Part shown: positions 36,709 through 40,325 of the stretch, piece by piece
Layout: each line of letters starts with the position of its first letter
How positions within the stretch are numbered: position 1 is the stretch's first letter
Origin: Paratractidigestivibacter sp.
Lineage (GTDB): Bacteria; Actinomycetota; Coriobacteriia; Coriobacteriales; Eggerthellaceae
Length of the DNA: 40,325 bases
Direction: 5' to 3'
NCBI GenBank assembly: GCA_963597295.1
Contig: CAVBPP010000057.1
Coordinates: forward strand, 1 to 40,325
Made by a program: the position numbers and the translations under genes
Notes under the pieces: model-generated
Told to the model about the DNA's origin: nothing
The model's database searches: none
The model's input: the letters and a program-made list of their open reading frames with translations, nothing else

Positions 36709-37398
36709 CTATTGGTCGGTTTTCGGACGGTTGGGCAATTCCAGGTTGCGCTGAAGCGTATCCCTTAGCTGCTTGCCCGCCGCATTTGCGTACACACGCT
36801 TTGCCGAGATGTCCGTCACGACCAGGCGCAAATCGGCCCAGCCGCGCATTCCGAAGGCGAAGTTCTTGCGGAAACGCGTCTTGCGCACGCGCTTCTCAAC
36901 CTCATCGTCGCAGCAGTCCGCCACGATCGCCAGGGTAATGGCCGACGACATGTGATCCTGTTCCGGATCAACCTTCGCAAGCCCCTCCGTTTCCATGAAC
37001 GCCACCCAGTCGTCCAGCGTTGCCTCGTCCAGACGATCGGTCAGCACGAAGAACACGTACTCATGGGTGTTCGCGCCCCACAGCTTTGCCCGTTTGACCA
37101 GGACATATTTTTCGCCATAGGAGTGGAACTCGGCATACCCCGGGAAGGTGCGGCCAGCGTACTCGTATCCCCGTTGCACATCGTACCAACGCTCGTGTGC
37201 AGCGAGAATACGTTTCAGGAACAGCTGCTTTTCGTCCTTTGCAGCGGACTCGTCGTCCGCTTGCCGAAGGGCTGGCGAACCCTCGCACGCTGCGGCCTGT
37301 TTCTCCGCATCGCGCTCGGCCGTTTCCACCGCACCTACCTGTTGGGCCTGCGCGGCAGCGCCTTTCTCATCTGCCTGAATCGCCGTTGAGCTTGCCAA
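36709..37398 (-). CDS. Hypothetical protein upstream of cstA
   Basis: 229-aa ORF with AAGGAG RBS and TTG start; globular C-terminal part (EKYVLVKRAKLW..NTHEY, DHMSS.I, GMRGW); 12 bp from cstA start, likely co-transcribed. Confidence 0.7.
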   Translation of the reverse strand: MASSTAIQADEKGAAAQAQQVGAVETAERDAEKQAAACEGSPALRQADDESAAKDEKQLFLKRILAAHERWYDVQRGYEYAGRTFPGYAEFHSYGEKYVLVKRAKLWGANTHEYVFFVLTDRLDEATLDDWVAFMETEGLAKVDPEQDHMSSAITLAIVADCCDDEVEKRVRKTRFRKNFAFGMRGWADLRLVVTDISAKRVYANAAGKQLRDTLQRNLELPNRPKTDQ

Positions 37399-37563
37399 CT
37401 GACTGCATTCTCCTTCGTCTGCCTACATCTCACGCATCACGTGAAGAACCCATTCTATTCGAAGGTTACGAAACCGTTACAGAAGAATTACGGTTGCGCC
37501 GCGAACGGCGGATTTCGCCTGCGGACGGGAAATAAGGACGAAACAGCACAGCAATAGGGCCGC

Positions 37564-37599
37564 AAAAAAGCACCCCGCAGCCGAAAGGCCACGGGGCGC
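37564..37599 (-). terminator. Terminator downstream of aldolase
   Basis: AGCACCCCG..CGGGGCGCT stem with A-run on left. Confidence 0.6.
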
Positions 37600-37633
37600 T
37601 AGCAAATATCAGGTTAAGGGTGCGACCTTAAGC

Positions 37634-38578
37634 CTAGTCCTCCCAGGAGAAATCCTTCTCGCCGTTGAACACGGCCAGGGCGTCTTCCACGCTGTAATCG
37701 TCGAGCGTGATGGCGCTGATGGCCTTGGTCAGGCGCACGGCCTCGTCGAGGCTGCGCTGGTGGATGTTGCGGCCGGTGGCGTTGCCGCAGGCGCCGCCGA
37801 CATGAATCTGGTCATGCAGCTGCGTCAGGAACGTCTCGGCATCGACGGTAGAACCGCCGGCGCAAACCAGGCCGGTGCGGCCAGCGGCCATGGAGGCGAC
37901 CTTCAGGGCCTCGGCCGGGGTGCGGCCGTCTTCGGGCTTGGGCGGGTTGACCTTCACGAAGTCGGCGCCCAGGCACAGCGCCACGCCAGCGGCGCCGGCG
38001 ATCAGGTCCGGGTCCTTCTCGGCGGTCACAGCGGTGCCGCGCGGGTAGATCCACAGCACGACGAGCAGGCCGTTGGCGTGGGCGGCGGCGATCAGCTCGC
38101 CGGCCTCGGCCATCATGGAAGCCTCGTACTCGCTGCCCAGGTAGATGGTGTAGCCCAGGCCAACCACGTTCACGCCGTTGTCGCGCATGGCCAGCACGGC
38201 CTCCAAATCATACAGCTGCGGGCTGTACGGATCTTCCTGAGCCGTCTTGACCAGATTGGTCTTGGAGTTCATCTTCACCAGGTAGTTGATGTTGGGGTAA
38301 TCGGCGGCATACTGCGCAACCAGGCCGCGCTGACCGGCCAAAACGCCGCAAACGCCCTGATCGCCGATCTTGAACAGATGCTCGGGCTCGGCATCGGCGA
38401 TGTCGATGCCCTCGCCGTAGAAGTCCTTGTTCATGTGCTCGATCTTCTGGTCGCATGCGAACAGCATCAGACGACCGGAGCCACGCGTGGCCTTCATGTA
38501 GTTGTCAACGTAAGTCTCGCGAGCGTCCGCCAGAACGTCGGCGGGCACCTTCACCTGATCACGAGTGATCTTAGGCAT
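37634..38578 (-). CDS. Class I (DhnA/FbaB-type) fructose-bisphosphate aldolase
   Basis: DQKIEH, GYTIYLGSE.E, VLWIYPRG, GADFVKV (Schiff-base Lys), AGG, ATGRNIHQ; AGGAGG RBS before ATG 38578. Confidence 0.88.
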   Translation of the reverse strand: MPKITRDQVKVPADVLADARETYVDNYMKATRGSGRLMLFACDQKIEHMNKDFYGEGIDIADAEPEHLFKIGDQGVCGVLAGQRGLVAQYAADYPNINYLVKMNSKTNLVKTAQEDPYSPQLYDLEAVLAMRDNGVNVVGLGYTIYLGSEYEASMMAEAGELIAAAHANGLLVVLWIYPRGTAVTAEKDPDLIAGAAGVALCLGADFVKVNPPKPEDGRTPAEALKVASMAAGRTGLVCAGGSTVDAETFLTQLHDQIHVGGACGNATGRNIHQRSLDEAVRLTKAISAITLDDYSVEDALAVFNGEKDFSWED

Positions 38579-38973
38579 GTTGTTCCTCCTTATAGGATGC
38601 ATGGTTTGCGGCGGCCTAGCTCGCATATCGCTTGCAGGCCGCCCGGCTTGCCGCATGGCGAAGCCGACGGCTTACGCCGCCCGATTTCGTTCATTCTACC
38701 TAAGCCCGGCGCGGGCGGCAGCGCCGTACACGGAAAATCCGGCTAGGCGCTCATCGTTTCGTCCGCTAAAGGCACGAAAGCAGCTGCAAAGGGAACGAAC
38801 GCCGTCCGGTAGATGCGCAAACGCGGCGCGCAAAGGCATAGGCAGCGTAAACGCACGTCACCGGCAGGAGCGAAGACGCCTCGCGCGAGCCCTCGAAATC
38901 TGGCGCGTAGCAAGAACGCCGCCCGCCAATGTTGGCGAGCGGCGCCCAAATCTAGCTAAGGCAACTTGCGAAC

Positions 38974-40317
38974 CTAAAACTCCAGGCCCTCCAGACGCTT
39001 GAACACGTTGTCCTTGCGCGTCAGGAAATCCCACGGGTCGAAAATCTCGTCGAGCACCTCGGCGGAAAGCTTCGCCTCGGGGTCGGCCTCCAAGCGCTCG
39101 CGGTACATCGGGCCGTCGACGGCGTTCTGGATGTCTTCCCACACGGCCATGGCGTTGCGCTGCACGATAACGTAGGCCTCTTCGCGCGTGATGCCGGTAT
39201 TGACCAGGGCAAGCAGCACCTTCGAGCTGAAGATGAGGCCTTTGGTGCGCCACATGTTGTGCTCCATCTTGGCCGGGTAAGTCTGCAAGCCGTCAAGCAT
39301 CCACTGCATCTTCGAGAACATGTAGTCGAGCGCGGTGAAGCTGTCGGCCAGGGCCACGCGCTCGGTGCCGGAATGGCTGATATCGCGTTCGTACCACAGA
39401 GCCACGTTATCAAGCGCCACCTGGGCATTCGCCTTCACGCAGCGCGCCAAGCCGCACACGCGCTCGGCCGTGATGGGGTTGCGCTTGTGGGGCATGGCCG
39501 AAGAGCCCTTCTGACCCTTCTTGAACGGCTCCTCCGCTTCGATAACGTCGGACTGCTGCAGCAGGCGCACCTGCATCGCGATGGATTCAAGCGTTGCGGC
39601 GGCGCAGGCCAGCGCGCACATGACCTGGGCGTGGCGGTCGCGAGCGAGCACCTGCGTGGAAAGCGGGTCGGGGGTGAGCCCCAGCTTCTCGCACACGTAC
39701 TGCTCAACGTAGGGGTCGATGCTGGAATAGGTGCCGACAGCGCCCGAGATGGCGCCAGTCGCGGCAACCTCGCGAGCCTGCTCCAGGCGGGTCTGCGCAC
39801 GCTTGAGCGCCCAAGCCCAGCTGCCGAACTTCATGCCGAAGGTCATCGGCTCGGCATGGATGCCGTGCGTACGGCCCACGCACAGCGTATTCTGGAATTC
39901 GAAGGCGCGCTTCTTGCAGGTTTCGCCGAGCTGCTTCACGTCGGCCAGGATGATGTCGAGCGCCTGCGTGATCTGGTACGACAGCGCCGTGTCGCCCAGG
40001 TCGGAAGACGTCATGCCGTAGTGCACCCATCGCGAGGGCTTCTCGGCGCCCTCGGGCACGTCGGCGTCAATGTACTCGGCCATGCAGGTGGTGAAGGCGA
40101 TGACGTCGTGGTTGGTCACCTTCTCAATCTCGTCGATGCGCTCGACGGTGAAGTCGGCGTGGTCGCGAATCCACTTGGCCTCTTCCTTGGTGATGCCGGC
40201 CTGGCCAAGCTCGGCCTGCGCCTCGCACGCGAGCACCTCGATTTCCTTCCAGATGGAAAACTTGTTCTGAAGCTCCCAGATGGCGCCCATCTCCGGACGC
40301 GTGTAACGGTTGATCAG
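38974..40317 (-). CDS. purB: Adenylosuccinate lyase (probable CTG start at 40317)
   Basis: HDVIAF, H.GMTSSD, GRTHGIHAEP.TFG, GSSAMPHKRNP signature, ERDISHS; conserved N-terminus xINRYTRPEM begins at a CTG codon. Confidence 0.93.
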   Translation of the reverse strand: MINRYTRPEMGAIWELQNKFSIWKEIEVLACEAQAELGQAGITKEEAKWIRDHADFTVERIDEIEKVTNHDVIAFTTCMAEYIDADVPEGAEKPSRWVHYGMTSSDLGDTALSYQITQALDIILADVKQLGETCKKRAFEFQNTLCVGRTHGIHAEPMTFGMKFGSWAWALKRAQTRLEQAREVAATGAISGAVGTYSSIDPYVEQYVCEKLGLTPDPLSTQVLARDRHAQVMCALACAAATLESIAMQVRLLQQSDVIEAEEPFKKGQKGSSAMPHKRNPITAERVCGLARCVKANAQVALDNVALWYERDISHSGTERVALADSFTALDYMFSKMQWMLDGLQTYPAKMEHNMWRTKGLIFSSKVLLALVNTGITREEAYVIVQRNAMAVWEDIQNAVDGPMYRERLEADPEAKLSAEVLDEIFDPWDFLTRKDNVFKRLEGLEF

Positions 40318-40325
40318 GGCGGTTC

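Noticed and set aside
34555..36768. 737-aa ORF antisense to cstA
   Set aside because: Mirror frame of a hydrophobic membrane-protein gene; no independent evidence

Overview
GC-rich actinobacterial chromosome segment, most consistent with Coriobacteriia/Eggerthellaceae (two multi-TM LuxR-HTH regulators, Tat-exported molybdo-oxidoreductase module, FctA/Spy0128-repeat surface protein). It begins with the 3' end of a tRNA-Met followed by a small lower-GC islet (RelB/DUF6290-RelE toxin-antitoxin pair, winged-HTH gene remnant, HIRAN gene). The centre holds an ~11.5 kb anaerobic redox locus: ydhV-like aldehyde:ferredoxin oxidoreductase divergent from a ydhY-like Tat ferredoxin plus a PsrABC-like trio, a TM-LuxR regulator, an atypical IscU-like gene and a ydhW-like gene. 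These genes share a 17-bp box found three times in two divergent promoters. Then follow tauE, a pxpB-pxpC-accB-accC-DUF1445-pxpA operon, a 1781-aa vWA/FctA adhesin with a divergent TM-LuxR, cstA, a class I aldolase and purB. Most notable unexplained structure: a dispersed family of bipartite, hairpin-ended inverted-repeat elements (REPIN/MITE-like). There are 7 intergenic copies with variable cores plus 2 half-copies translated in frame inside the ydhW-like gene, with compensatory stem changes and GNA/GNNA mini-hairpin loops; no transposase is present in the window. Family assignments come from motif recognition and recalled reference proteins, not from database searches.
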